Shown here: positions 1 through 12,600 of the stretch, in pieces
Layout: the number at the start of each line of letters is the position of its first letter
How positions within the stretch are numbered: the first letter of the stretch is position 1
Source of the DNA: Amphiscolops sp. MND2022
Taxonomy: Eukaryota
Direction of reading: 5' to 3'
Assembly (NCBI GenBank): GCA_964187785.1
Contig: OZ076409.1
Location: forward strand, 59,646,001-59,710,000
Length of the DNA: 64,000 nt
Position numbers and translations under genes: made by a program
The notes under the pieces: model-generated
Seen by the model: the letters and a program-made list of their open reading frames with translations, nothing else
What the model was told of the DNA's origin: nothing
The model's database searches: none

Positions 1-21
1 CAATTTTATTGGAGACTGAAA

Positions 22-630
22 TCAACTTTCTAAATTGTAGTTGTAAGAATCAACTGTACTTGTAGGCTTTAGGAGAGAGAATGATAATATCCTCTTTTTG
101 ATTTTGTTTGAGATTTTCTTCAAGACTCTTGATTCTTTTCCCGGGTTTTCGTCTTTCCCGGTAATCGTTCGTATTGATAAATTCTTCCAAACACCCTTTG
201 ATGACTTCAATAGGCCGCTTTATTTTCATTATCATTTCAGTCATTTGCCTAAGGCGGCAAGGAGTCATCAATGACACCCTCAAGTGTTTATCAGCTCTTG
301 ATATCCACTCGAGACTTTCAGGAGGTAATAGTCAAGATTTAGGGCCACGCGCGGCACATCACCGCGACAACCAAAAGGAGTCGTTCGTACTGCCCGCATC
401 TCAAAATGGCGGACAAAGTAATAATATTCGAAATAAGGAACTAAATAAAATAGAATAATAATTGTAAAAATAATGAATCCATGATAAAATGGAAGTTTCG
501 AGGGATATAATACCTGTAGGTTTCTGTGGCAGATTCCACCCACAAAATAATAACCGTAACTGTTTTAACATTTGGCATCAAATTCAGTTTGCCACGATCA
601 CCAACATTGCTTTCATAATCGTCTTTCAAT
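22..630 (-). pseudogene. Accessory sense ORF ('ORF3') of Gypsy A, fragmented, continues out of the window
   Basis: Fragments 441-629, 50-283 and 22-210 occupy the same position as ORF3 of element B; weak match of LEEFINTN..DIIILS to B's FEN(Y)ISTN..VIDISS. Confidence 0.4.
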
Positions 631-1153
631 TTTCCTAATCATCAATTGTTACATTAATCAGTTCTGTTATCATTTCCGTACTTTCAAGTCTCTAGTTAGT
701 CGTATAGTCATTTTAGTCTTCCTTACATTTTACTCTTCTTACTGTCAAGTTTCCAGTATTTTATCACCTGCATCTTCTGGTCGTACAAGGACTATGGACA
801 ACTCTGCCGTATTTAGTTGGAAGTACTTTTAGTGACCTCGCTTCCTCCTTTCTCGAATCGGCATTGTACTGGATTGGGGTTCACTAGTCTTTGCATCAAT
901 TACTCCTTCTGGACAACACTCAATTCAAGCTTCTTGCAACAACAGGTTAGCTATCTGGTCTTTGTTTCATTTTAAACGGAAAAATATGTTTGATCAGGAC
1001 CTGTTCATGCTCATATTTCTTCCTGTCCATTTGTTCAAGGTAGCATAAGCATTTTGCCATATATTTCATTTTCACTTCTAGAAGATTTGTAAAGCGGTCT
1101 CATAGAATTATACTCATGAAGTCACCCACTAAAAATCATCTCTTTCCGTTTAG

Positions 1154-4100
1154 ACATGTCTAGTGAAGAAAACCTAGTGAAGAATCCATCAATCCTGTGA
1201 CTGCCCCAGATGGTGAGAAACAAGAAGTGCTTCAAGAAGTGATTGAGCCCGAAAAGTAAACTCGGCCAAAATCTCAGGCGTCTAATTCAAGTTGTTCCAC
1301 AGATGAAAGCGTTACTACCTTCATTGAGCCGGACAGTCTCTCAGTTTCCATCCTGCCAAACTGCACTCCTCGATCCCGTACCTGAGGAAAGTCTTCGTTC
1401 AGCTGCCAAGAGTTCTGAGTCGGAGCCTTTACTGGTTACTGTGGTACCTCCGCTGTCCACGGCCAATCCGGATGTCGAAGAGACTCAATCAGAGATCCAT
1501 GATCATTATACTCCGAAACTAGCCACCCAGGCGAGCTGTACAATAGTTCTGGAGTTGATTTGCCCTCCGCCAAACAAGCTCTTTCACCCTCGACCCTGAC
1601 ATATTTCCAGGTTTTGACGAAGAGCTTCAACGTTCATCAGGAAATAGTGATGCAGAGCATGCCCCTTACTGCACCAAGGTATTTTCTACTGAGAGGATCT
1701 TGTCGCCATCTGGAGAGAAGTGATACGCAAAGTTTTCATCAAAAACGTCCCAGTCGAACTGCTTGCTGGTCATTCAACTGTTGCCTTCAGTGAAAGACAG
1801 GTCCATGTCTTGGGGACCTTTGCTGACGAATCGGTACTCTCATCGTTTCACATGATATGAAGTCATTGTTGGTAAAAGTAACTGAAGGGATTCCATTGAA
1901 TAAACGCCCTTCTCTTAATATTCCTCGAAGATCAGCTACACCTGGCCCTGGGTAAGAATCCAGCTCTGGAGGAGAAAGCACAGGGACCAACAACGAGGGC
2001 TATACAAGTGGCGCCATTGATACTGGTGAAGATATACGCAACATTGAAACTGGCTCTGAAGGTTTCCCACCCAATATATCTGCCTCCAAGACTTTAGACA
2101 TGACCGTAGGTAACATGGGTCCAACTAGGGCATTAACTCCAAATTCCCGTAGTAGCTACAGCAGTGGAGACTATCGTCCGTTGGCTTCCCTCACCCAGGC
2201 GCAGTCTCCTGTTACTGCCGAATCAAGCCCTCCCCGTAAACGAAGGAAAATGCTCTGCAAACCTGGTAAGGTCATGAAGAACGCTTACTTCAAAGGCATC
2301 CAATGGACAAGAACCTTCGTCTCCGGGCCATTCGATCCCCTTAACACAACCGCTACAAATTCTAGTGAAAGGTGTGTAAAACAAACATATCTATTTACTC
2401 CAAAGGGGCACGTGAGATACTTCGTCATTATAAGACGCAGGGAAATTTGCGGCGGGATCAAAGGTGGAGCTACGAGCACCTCAGTGAGGTGGATGTCTCT
2501 ACGGGAAAAGTGACCCACCAAGTCCGAGGCAATGATGGGCACGTCCTCACACCTCTACAGTTAGAGAAAGAGAAGACGCTAATCACCGATGCCCCTTTCG
2601 TGGACATTGGGGACAAATTCCCCTTTCTACGACGACTCTGTGGCTACGTTGGGAGGGACATCAAGTCCAGATGAATTACGTATGACCACCCTAATTTCTT
2701 TGATCGGGCTCTTTGTGCCGCACGGAGGAGACTTGTCCTTACTCAGGAATTTATGGACTCGATTTGGAGTCTTCACCAGCCATCAGGGATTCTTCTCTGA
2801 CTTCGATTGGAGAGCCGATAATCTCAACGTAAGTATTGCTTTGCCTTCTCGGTCGAGTAGGACTCTTTGATTAATTAGTTTTCCCATAACAAATCTTGTT
2901 TTTAGAAAATCTTCCACCACATCTTCCTCCCACGTGAGGCACCCACCCAAGTGCACAGGGAGTCCGTGGCAGGGTAAGCTACTCACTATTTAATTTGCTT
3001 TCCTTTTCTCAGCGAAAGTAGAACATTAAGACCACAATGTTAAGGTCTAAGTTAGGGTTGATATTTTGTTTTTGAGCAAAAGTACAGTAGTCCCCCAAGT
3101 CCCAGTTGAGTTCGATATCTGGAGACTCAGTATTGGTTTTCTTTATAGCCACAGAGTCTAGAGTGGATGGTCCTGATGGACGGAAACTTCACTGTCAAAT
3201 TGGATATTTTTGCTCTCATATTTCGTGATTGTGAGTATGGCCCTTCTGGTCACTCTCAATGTCTGGGCATATTTACTAATATGTGTGTTGTTTAGATAAC
3301 ATGTGTTTTAAACGCAGTCTGACTGGGCAGCCTGATGCTTCCTTTTTCACATTCGGACAATTTGTCGTTTCCTGCGGAAGCTTTGTTCTCGGGCAGTTCT
3401 CCCCAAATGTATTCCTGATGACATGAACTGGACTGGGCTGTTGTATTTGTGTCCTGACGATCTGAAATTGCTCTCTGGCCGGGACTTCCTGAACTGTTTG
3501 AAGCTAACTGCCGATGTGGATGTTGCTTGTAAGGCCATGACCCGACAGTCTCGCAGCGACCTCAACATTAGCGCTGATGAAATTAATGCACTACTGGCCA
3601 CTCAGAAAGATAGTTTCGCGGCGAAAGCCAGAGGTTACTTCGTCTTCTTGCTTGAGACGTTGTTACGGGACGACCACTTTACCGCCGACATTGTCCACTG
3701 ACTAGCTTGCTTCGATTCTCATGTGTTGACCTCCTTGGCTATGGATCAAGTTACTTTCTGCTTTGGTTCTTTTTTTTTCAAACCTTTTGCTTACGAGGAT
3801 GGGTACAACATTCCTAAGAGTCTGATTACCGCGACGAGTACGTAGAGTTTGTTGATTACTTTCGTGCTAGTTTTCCTCAGCTTAAGGACCTGCCAGGGCA
3901 GATGAAAGATGTGGTCAATTTCCTTATTGCCCTTCCTGCCTAACGTAGTCGTAACAATTTATTTCACTTGTTCCGACATAGCTGCCTTTGCTTGACAGAG
4001 AGTGGAGCTGATCTTCCAGCTATCAAAGTCCATGAAGTAGATACCTCTGAGCCCAAGTGCAGTCTTGTAGATATGCTCTTGCCTGCCCAGTCTTATTTAA

Positions 4101-4444
4101 CAAACTGTTCGCAGTCTGTCACCTGTCGCACTTCTGGTAAAATTCGTGATTAAGATGGACAATTCAATTCTGGGCAGTTTGCTGGTGATCCTTGGACGCA
4201 CGTTGATTTTTTTGGGCGTTCTACATTCCGGAAGGGTCTAATGACTACTTTCAAGGGCCTCAAGCCTACTCCTGCCAATGCCGTCTCTATACCTTCACGA
4301 TGTTCGTCAGTCTTGTCAACTGTAAGTCGCAATGTCCTTCATGGATCTGGAAAGGCACAGAAACTGGCTTTCTTTGGCAATATTCCTTCCTCTGAACTTT
4401 CAAAGGCCGTAGAAGACATAAAGGGAGGCAGTTCTAAAGACTAA
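1154..4444 (+). pseudogene. Antisense multi-exon accessory gene of Gypsy A (BED-like Zn finger plus degenerate hAT-transposase-like body)
   Basis: Exons ~1154-2828, 2906-2973, 3013-~3090, 3149-3230 and 3318-4444 with GT-AG boundaries; finger core (C)ERCKTNISIYSKGAREILRHYKT rebuilt across a frameshift; collinear with 32288-36046. Confidence 0.8.
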
Positions 4445-4608
4445 ATGTACATTGTTGTACATTCTGTTATTAGGTTGTGAATCTGTATACTGCTTTTGTT
4501 TTGTTTGTCATGTATTTATTCTGTCATTATAGTGGTCAGAGTAGTCCCATCAAGATACATACCGTTTCCTGTTACTTAAGAAAGAGTGACTGTAGTTTAC
4601 ATTTCTGA

Positions 4609-7600
4609 CTAGTCTCTGTATTCATCAGTATAGTTGGGGGTGGGATAAGGCCGAAGGTTATATTTCCCTCCTCTAGGGCTAGATACTTCATTTTTAATTT
4701 CATTTTCTGCATTATTAACATTGTCCGATATTCCGGGCACGTGACTATCCTCTCCTCTTCAAGGAGAATATCTTGTACTATCGTCAATTTCAATGTGTAA
4801 ATCAATAGGCGTGTCGCTAGAATTTGTGTTATCTCGGCTAGTGGCCGTGGTCGGCCTTTTGATTTCGCTGCTTTGTTTCTTCTTTGCAGTATTGTCGCTA
4901 ATGTCATCTTCGTCATACAAAGTAGGTGCGTCTCCGCTAGTAGCCGTATGCGGCTTTGCTTCATTTTCATTCATTTTCATTTCATTTCGTTCCTGGACTT
5001 ATCGCGTCATCATCAGCATTGTCATAAATGACGTAATCACCAGTCGTGCCACTGGTATCATTGTCTGGTGTTTGAGAATTTTCGTTCGCATTACCGTCCC
5101 GTCTCAGCTCGAAGACTTGGTAATCAAAGTCTGCCTCCCATGAGATGGTATATAAGTCTTAGAGAATGAATATTTCGTCATCAGGCTGTAATATCTCTTT
5201 AAAATACTTGTCCTCTAAAGGTGTATTTGGAACAAATGTTTTCAGTCTGATTCGGTGTAATATCTGCGTCTTTAACCGACGAACAATATAATTGTCATTG
5301 GGTAATACCTCTTCAACTCGATAAGGACCAACCCAACGGTAATCCCTGAACGGTATCTTTGATCCTTGATTGTCTGCTTTAGGCTGCAAAATAAAGCAAA
5401 AATCTTGTTCATTCAGAGGGGCCGCCTTGGCTTTTCGGTCATAATACTCTTTGTTTTTCAAGTATGACTGCATAATATATGTTTCGTTTTGTCTATTAGA
5501 ACTTGCGTTCTCTGTTGTAATTCTTCTGCAAATTCCGTCGTAGGCAAGAAATTCTTGTTGGGATTATTTCTGAGTTTATGATCTAGGACAATATAGGGAA
5601 TCCGTCCATGGAAAACCTTGCTCGACTCACAATCAATAGTGGAGTGGTAAAAAGTATTGTAGTTGAGTACAGCTAGTGGTAAGTATTTATGCCATTGACG
5701 GCGATATTCCACTGAGGCCATTTTCTAATTTATTTTGGTTGAGGCATGAGTCCTTTCAAGTTTGCCAATTTTTTGTGGGTGTTTAGTAGTTACACATTTT
5801 AGTGTATTTCCGAGAATTACCGCTATTTCTGCAATAATTTTTGACGTGAAAGCGGTTCCTTTGCCAGTGATGAGTGTGGTCGGCAGATATGTGTGTTTTG
5901 CCATGATGTCGATCAAGACTTTTGCCGCGTTCGAAGCGATAGCATCAACTAACCGGTAGGCAAACAGATATCTAGAGAAAACATATTTTACTGTCATCAC
6001 GGTTTGGTAGCCTCCACTTGTTGGTAGATTTGGTGATAAATCGATTTGCATTGCGTCCTTTGGTCTAAGGTCCCATTCGGGCAAGTTGAGCAATTCAGCA
6101 GTGATTGAGTTGTTTGGAACACGTTTGTCTTTTGCACAAGTTTCGCATCCTCCTACCCACTTTTTGACATGTTTTGCAATTCCGGGGTAGTAGTAATTCT
6201 GGCGAAATTTCTGTGACATCATAGATATGCCCGGATGTTTGTGCGGGGTTCCATGTAATGCATATAAAAGCTTTTTTAGTAGGTGTTTCGGTAGGAGTAT
6301 CTGATGATATTTGACTTGACCAGTTTCATCATAGTACTGTCGTGTGACTGTTTCGTCTTTAAGGACTGTTTGGTCCAAATTGTTAAGGTAGTGTTTGTAG
6401 CGTGTATCTTGTTGGAGTTTTTCTTCAGAATAATCTTAGTTCTGAATTTTGGCTTTGAGCTGACGAGTAATTTTGGTGATTTCATCTACTATGTTTTCAG
6501 ATATTGTATCAATTTGAATTACTACCTCTTGGTCGATCAGGTTGTTACGGCTTTGTTGTTTACGTTCTCGAATTTGCTCTTCTGTCTCATCATCATGCTC
6601 TGTGAAAAAGACTTGTTCCTGTTCTGCTACGCCTGTCGATTGGATATTTACCTCAATGAGTTTGGTCTCTATATCTTCGAGGATTTTTGGGATTACTTTT
6701 TCTTTGGGGTCCATTTCTATGCGAGATAGATAGTCGGCCGCAGTATTGTTTTTCCCTGGAATGTGTGCTATGACAAAGGTGAATTGTATTACATAGTCAC
6801 AGGCGTACCAGAGTGCCGGAGGTATAATTTTTGTCTGGAAGAATGTTGTGACCGATTTGTTGTCCGTAAGGATAGTGATCGGTTTGTTTGGTCCCCAAAA
6901 AATGTCCGAATTCTGTGAACGCATAGTAGATAGCTAAAAACTCCTTGGCGTATATTGACATTTTAAGTTGCGATGGCGTAAAGGTCTTTGACCCATATCC
7001 AATAGAAGCATATGATTTTTTGACAGAGGAATTTTTTGATTTGGGTCGTCGTCGGTGAGTATGGCGTAGCAGGCCACTGTAAAGCTAGCATCTGTCATTA
7101 TGGCTAGTTGTTTGTTTGGCAGTGGTTGCTTAAGTGTCAGTTGACTACTTTTGTCAAAGTCTCGAATAATTTCGTTAAATTGTTGTACTAGCTCTGTGGT
7201 CACTTGGACCTTTTCGTCCATTTTGAGGAGTTGGAAGAAAGGGGCTAGTTTTTCAGACAGCCTTGGGATGTAGTTCCTGTAGTAGTTCAGGAGTCCAAGG
7301 TATCGCTGTAGTGCTTTTTTGGATTTTGGGAACTTTGTTTTTTCTAGGAAAGTTGTTATTCTCTCCTTTTTACTCTCTCCTTTTGTGGTTTGACGCCCTC
7401 GGGAGTTATTGTTCTCCCTAGAAAAATAATTTCCGTTGCCCCAACGTGGCATTTTTGCATTGAGTCCTGCTTTTCTGATGCATTCAATTGTCGCCTTTTA
7501 GGTTTTTGATAAGGTGATTGGCGTCATTGGCGGCTATGCCTATGTCGTCTACAAATTGGGCACATTGGTCGGCTTTAATAACTTTGTCGAGATATTCTCG

Positions 7601-9750
7601 CATAAAGCTTGAAAACGCCGATGATGCTCTGCTAAGGCCCTGGGCGAGTCTTCTGTAGGCAAAGGTGCGGCTTGAAAAATGGAACGCAAGCATCTCGATG
7701 GTCCTTTGGTCCGCCATTGGAAGACAGTGATATGCCTGTGGGCAGTCAAGTTTACAGAACAATTTCTTGCCTGCTGTATGTTGCGCAGCGTCCGTTAGGG
7801 TACTGACTGGATGATTGTTTTATTAATATACTCATCCGAGATGAGGTTGTTAATTTTCCTCAGGTCGACCAGTAGTCTTAGCTTCTCATTCGGTTTTTTC
7901 TGTGCAAATATGGGGCTAGCATATTTGAAGAATGGCAGTCTGGTTATTATGCCATATTTGTGTAAGAGGGCCAGCTCGACAAGTATATCTTCCTTTGGGT
8001 TGACTGGAGTAGGTAAATTTTGGCTATAAGCAGGCGAATTGTCCTTAGGGGTTACTTTGACAGTGAACTCTTCGTTCATCCCTATATCATATCTGTGTCT
8101 TGCGAATATGTCGTGGTATTCAACTAGCAGCGATTCGACCTTTTTGACTTCATGTTGTTGAAGCATCGAGTATTTCCAGTCAAAGTTACCAAAAGATTTA
8201 CGGCGTGATTCCTCATCGTTTTGAGGGTCTAGTTGTTCAGCTTCTTGGAGATTGCGCAATTCTTGAAGAAATCGTCGTTGGATTGGAGTGTGGGAACCTT
8301 CATCCCTAGGATTTTTTGGTGTTTGAAACCAGTACTGTTCGTATTGGTCATGGTTTCGGTTGGCTCGAAGTAGAATACTGACATAGTAGATCGCATCTTC
8401 CTCATTTTCGTTGAGGAGATGCCATGTGGACACCGGGTCTATTGGTTTAACGTGTTTCATTTGTTCCGGTGTTAATACGGAGAAGTTTACTATGTATAGT
8501 CCCTTTTTAAGTTTGTATGGTTCATCTGTGAAGTTATTGACATGGACGTTGACGGTTTCATTGGTCAACGTAACTATTGCGGCACAAAATGTGATATCGC
8601 CTTCCTCGTGGAGGAGGTCGCAGGGTTGTAACGCTCCTGTGACCGTATTTTCATTGTAGATCCGGGATTTGATCTCCACTAAGATACGATCATTGGGTGG
8701 TATTGTTGAATCGTCTGGATTAGGTATAGGTTCCAAGACGTTAAAGTAGTTATGGTCAGCCGTTTTAATTTGCATGGAGAATTATGGAAAGTTGAGTATG
8801 CCTTGGCGAAATGTCCAGGACTGTATTATTCCTTTGGAGGAACTTTAGTCCTATAATGGGGCCAGTCAGTTTTTCCAATAGTATAAAAATTTCATGGAAT
8901 TCGATGTCTCCAACTTCGAACTTGAGTTCAACATTGCTCTTTGGGGTTTCCATTTGCCCATTTGCGACCATGATTTGGAATGATGGAGCATGTCCCTCTA
9001 TGACTTTGGATTGAGGCGCTAACAGACGTATTTTCCTGAAGTCTGTTTCCGGAATTGCACTAGATAGGGCTCCAGTGTCTATGAGGCCGTCTATGGTTAG
9101 TTCCCCAAAGTCCATCGGGAAATATAGCATCCGTTTTTCATATTTGAGTCCGAGGTTTGTGGATAAGTATGTATGCTGGTTCTCCTTCTTTAGTTACTAG
9201 GACATGTAAGAAGGCTGATTTATCTAATAGACAGGGCTCGGTCTGCGGCCCATTTTCAATGATTGGGTCCACTATTTCCTCCACATTGGTGACTTCAGAA
9301 TTAGGCTGTCACAATTCGATGGGCGCCCTTGATATATTGTTATCTGGGATTTCGGGGTCGTATTCATCATCTGTTGGTGGGCGATCTTCACACTTAAATT
9401 GAAATTTTCGTTGGTCATAGAGGGAATTGTCCCAGTATGGGTCAACTCCATATTCGGGGTCAATATATTGAGGGGTATAACCTTCGATTTGTTGAAGTGG
9501 TCTGAATTGTGTTTCAAAAGCTACAGTACAGTCCATGTCGTAGTATCGGTCTCGGCGGTCGTTGTGGACCATTTTGTACGTTTTAATATAAGCTTTTTCC
9601 ATCTGTTGCTGCCAGACAACTGATGGTATTCCATTGATGTCACTATAGTACTGGTTGTAAATTACGTTAGATGGGTCGGAAATGACATATTGTCTTATCG
9701 ACAATCGTTCACATTATTGGAGTCGTGGCAAAATTAATTTTTTGAATCAG
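4609..9750 (-). pseudogene. pol: pol of Gypsy A (PR, dUTPase-like spacer, RT, RNase H, IN)
   Basis: ORF pieces 8765-9130 (DTG), 7795-8775, 7484-7762 (FVDD), 6934-7452, 6436-6924, 5725-6378 (HPGI..CETC), 5159-5473 (GPY); ends YNLRPYPTPNYTDEYRD* at 4609. Confidence 0.93.
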
Positions 9751-11472
9751 GTTTCTTTAAGTTTGATTGACCTGATGTAGATGTTGTAGAATTTTCGTTT
9801 TTAGTGTGGGTGTCTTCGTCTTCAGAGGGCTCCGTGTTTTTGGAGTCCTGTCTATTCCGTTTGGGATGAAGATGGGCTCCGGCACCACGCCAACATTTCT
9901 CTGCTGGGTGATTAGTTTTGCTGGTGGTGGGACATTCTGGATAAGTTGAGACTTCTTGCCGTTTTTGGCCTCCGTTTCTTTTTTCTTTTTAATTTTGGAC
10001 AATTTTTCCAGAAATGGTCTTCAGCTTTGCAGTATGATCATTGGTTATTCTTGTTGGTATCAATGCCATTGGATAGTAAATTTTGCGCCTCGCCTGACGA
10101 TGAAGCCATTGTGGGAATGGGCAAATCGCCAGATTCTTCCAAGGCATTTAATTAAAGTTCTCTTTCGAGGTGTGCCACGATTTCCTCATATGTCCCATTT
10201 TCTAGCCTGGCCGTGTCTACCAATCGTTTCAGTTTGGGCGGTAGTTTGGCATATAGCAGGCCATCGATCAAGCTTTTAGCAATCCCTCCAAAGGCTTTCT
10301 CTGCTCCCTGGTTGAGTTCTTTGAGAAAGTCAGGCAAATTCATAGAGCTTGGGTCAAAAAAAATCGATGCCACTTATGTTTGGCTGTGGCTTGAGTCTCA
10401 GGTGTGACGGATTTTCTGCGAAAGATAACCAATAAGTCCTCCAGTATTTGACGGTTTGTAGAGTTTATATTACGAAATGTTTGTAGGGCCCTTTTTCTGA
10501 GTAATGAATGAAGTGATTTATTTCCATCTGTTCAGTCATGGCGGGCTGCATTTTGATGATCGTATGAAATAGATCTTCAAACAGTTCGATTTTCTCTGTT
10601 TTGCCATCAAAAGTCATGGGGTTCGTTGTGACCGGTCGAATTGTCATTGATTGTGGTTTGTTTTGAAGATTTACCAAGACATCTGCCAGTCCGTTGATGG
10701 GGTCTTGTGGCCGTTCGGCTGTAACGGGCTCCGCTACGGGTAGAGTTGTATCCAGTGTTGTATCATGCGCGGATTCTTGTCTCTGAAGGTCTGACTGAGT
10801 GTGAATTTGTCCTGTGAGCAATTCCGGAATCTGCTGTTGGAGTTCGTTACCTCCTGTCACCATGTAAGGAACGGTGTCCGTGTGATCCCTCAGATCACAA
10901 GCGGACCTGGAGTCCTTCTTTGTTAATTTCGCATTTGCGTTTTTCCGTATGTTTCCAATTCCGTCTTCATTCGTGGACGCACACGGCTCAAGGCCATGTT
11001 GGTTCAAAGGCAAGTTTTCCACCATGTTTTGTATTTCTGGAATAATCCTCTCGCTTATAGCAGAACTAATGGCTCTACTAATTTAAGTATGCATTACGTC
11101 CATCATGGTCTCCATTTCCCGAGACAATCTAGCATTCATGTCCCCTGATAGCATGTTGATCGACTCTATTACTATACTCTCCCTAACAGGCTAATTTCCA
11201 CTGTCAATGTCTCTAATTTCAATCTCTAAAGTTGAATTTTCTCTATTAGGGAAGGACTGAAAGTCTTGTCGCCTTTCAGGGACATTAATGAGACTGTCCA
11301 ATTCTCTTTCTATGGAGTTGGAATTTCCATCACCTAACATTACATCCATATTGCCATAATCGGACAACATATCTAACTCCCTTGACTTTCTGACCTTAGC
11401 TTTTTGTTTTCTTGTGGAGGGCGTTGAAAATATTCTTCCAGGAGAAAATATTTGAATTGTTCTTGTAGACAT
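9734..11472 (-). pseudogene. gag: gag of Gypsy A, starting inside the 5' LTR
   Basis: Pieces 11191-11472, 10465-11025 (FDGKTEKIELFEDLF), 10152-10373 and degenerate Zn knuckles; ends TCA AAA AAT TAA. Confidence 0.85.
10848..10862 (-). promoter_or_regulatory. Primer-binding site of Gypsy A (TGGTGACAGGAG; tRNA-Leu-like)
   Basis: TGG directly after the LTR ...TTACA end; the same 12-mer occurs in element B; resembles the complement of tRNA-Leu 3' ends (TGGTGTCAGGAGT). Confidence 0.7.
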
Positions 11473-12491
11473 TATAAACAAACTGGGTTTTACAGTGAAT
11501 CTTGTACAACTTGTATAAAGCAACTGAACAGTAACCGTATAATTATCAATTGTGTCCCCAAGGACCAACTTGGACATATTTATACCCAAGCGGGCTTGAC
11601 ACTCATAATCTTAACGGTAGTGATACTATAAATAACACAAAGGCTAAAAATAGTTACATCATGACAATAAATAACAGCATGACGTCACTGTAGGCTTGTG
11701 CGGGCGGTTAGATCAAAGCGCCTGACAAGAACACAGGGTAAAGGTTAAATTGTTTACAAGCGTAATTTCATGTGTGAAACAATTTTACCTGCATAACAAT
11801 TCATGTTGAACCTGTACGGCTCATGGCCGCAAGGGATCACTTAGATTCACCCCATTGTAAGAAGAGAGGGGCAACACTACATGTTGACATTTACATGAGG
11901 TTGAATATTCTGCAATTCATAGCATATATTTCAATGGGACATTATGATAGGTAGCATCAATTTCATATTAGTTTTGAGGAATTGAAGTACTCATTTAGTC
12001 GGCTGGCCGTATCAGGCCTTATTTCTATATCATGAAGGCATTAGCATCGTTTTGACAAGTAAGCCTAATTAGTTATTAGGGCCGTAGTGGTTTTGTTCTA
12101 TTCATTCAATAATAGCACAGTATATCAACTGGCCAAGTGGCCGTGCCGGTCCATTCCGATTAGTAAATGAATACATCATAGCAACTATAAATATGGCTAG
12201 AAAAGCTCTGATTGGCTAATTCGCCGTGTGCGGCTATGCTAGCTATACTGAACAGGCAAACATTTGAAATCGTTTCTTTTCTGCCTGTCAGTATAGCTTG
12301 CTGTCAAATATTAACTGCACTACATATAGAAATACACAAATTGATTTACATGTGTTGAAAACGTTGAAAAATAAGCAGTGTTTTCAAGTTTATTAACAAT
12401 TGCAGTTATATGGGCAATGATCCGGGTAGGGCGATAGGTAGGCTGTGGTCAATGGTGTAGAAATTGCCATTGCAGGCGGCCGCCTGCGACA
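10863..12491 (-). repeat. 5' LTR of Gypsy A (~1.63 kb)
   Basis: Inner edge fixed by the PBS; outer edge inferred from TGTCGCAGG...ACA, and the same TGTCGCAGG start is seen at 55281; partner LTR is outside the window. Confidence 0.65.
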
Positions 12492-12600
12492 ACTATATTT
12501 ATAATTTATACGAATTTCCATAAAACCCGAGTTAGGTTTTAAGGTTTTGAAAGGTAAACTTATTTTGAAACGTTCTTTAATTTTGTGACCCTCTCACCAG

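Larger units (their letters stand above)
1..12491 (-). mobile_element. Ty3/Gypsy LTR retrotransposon A (decayed; 3' LTR lies left of the window)
   Basis: Minus-strand gag, protease (LIDTGA), RT (AQFVDDI), RNase H (MTDAS) and integrase (H-H-C-C, GPY) in Gypsy order; PBS at 10848-10862 next to an LTR edge; many stops and frameshifts. Confidence 0.93.

Noticed and set aside
1154..4444. Antisense gene as a host gene or an independently inserted hAT transposon
   Set aside because: Its homologue lies inside B's LTR pair at the same position and orientation; no TIRs or 8-bp TSD were seen around either copy
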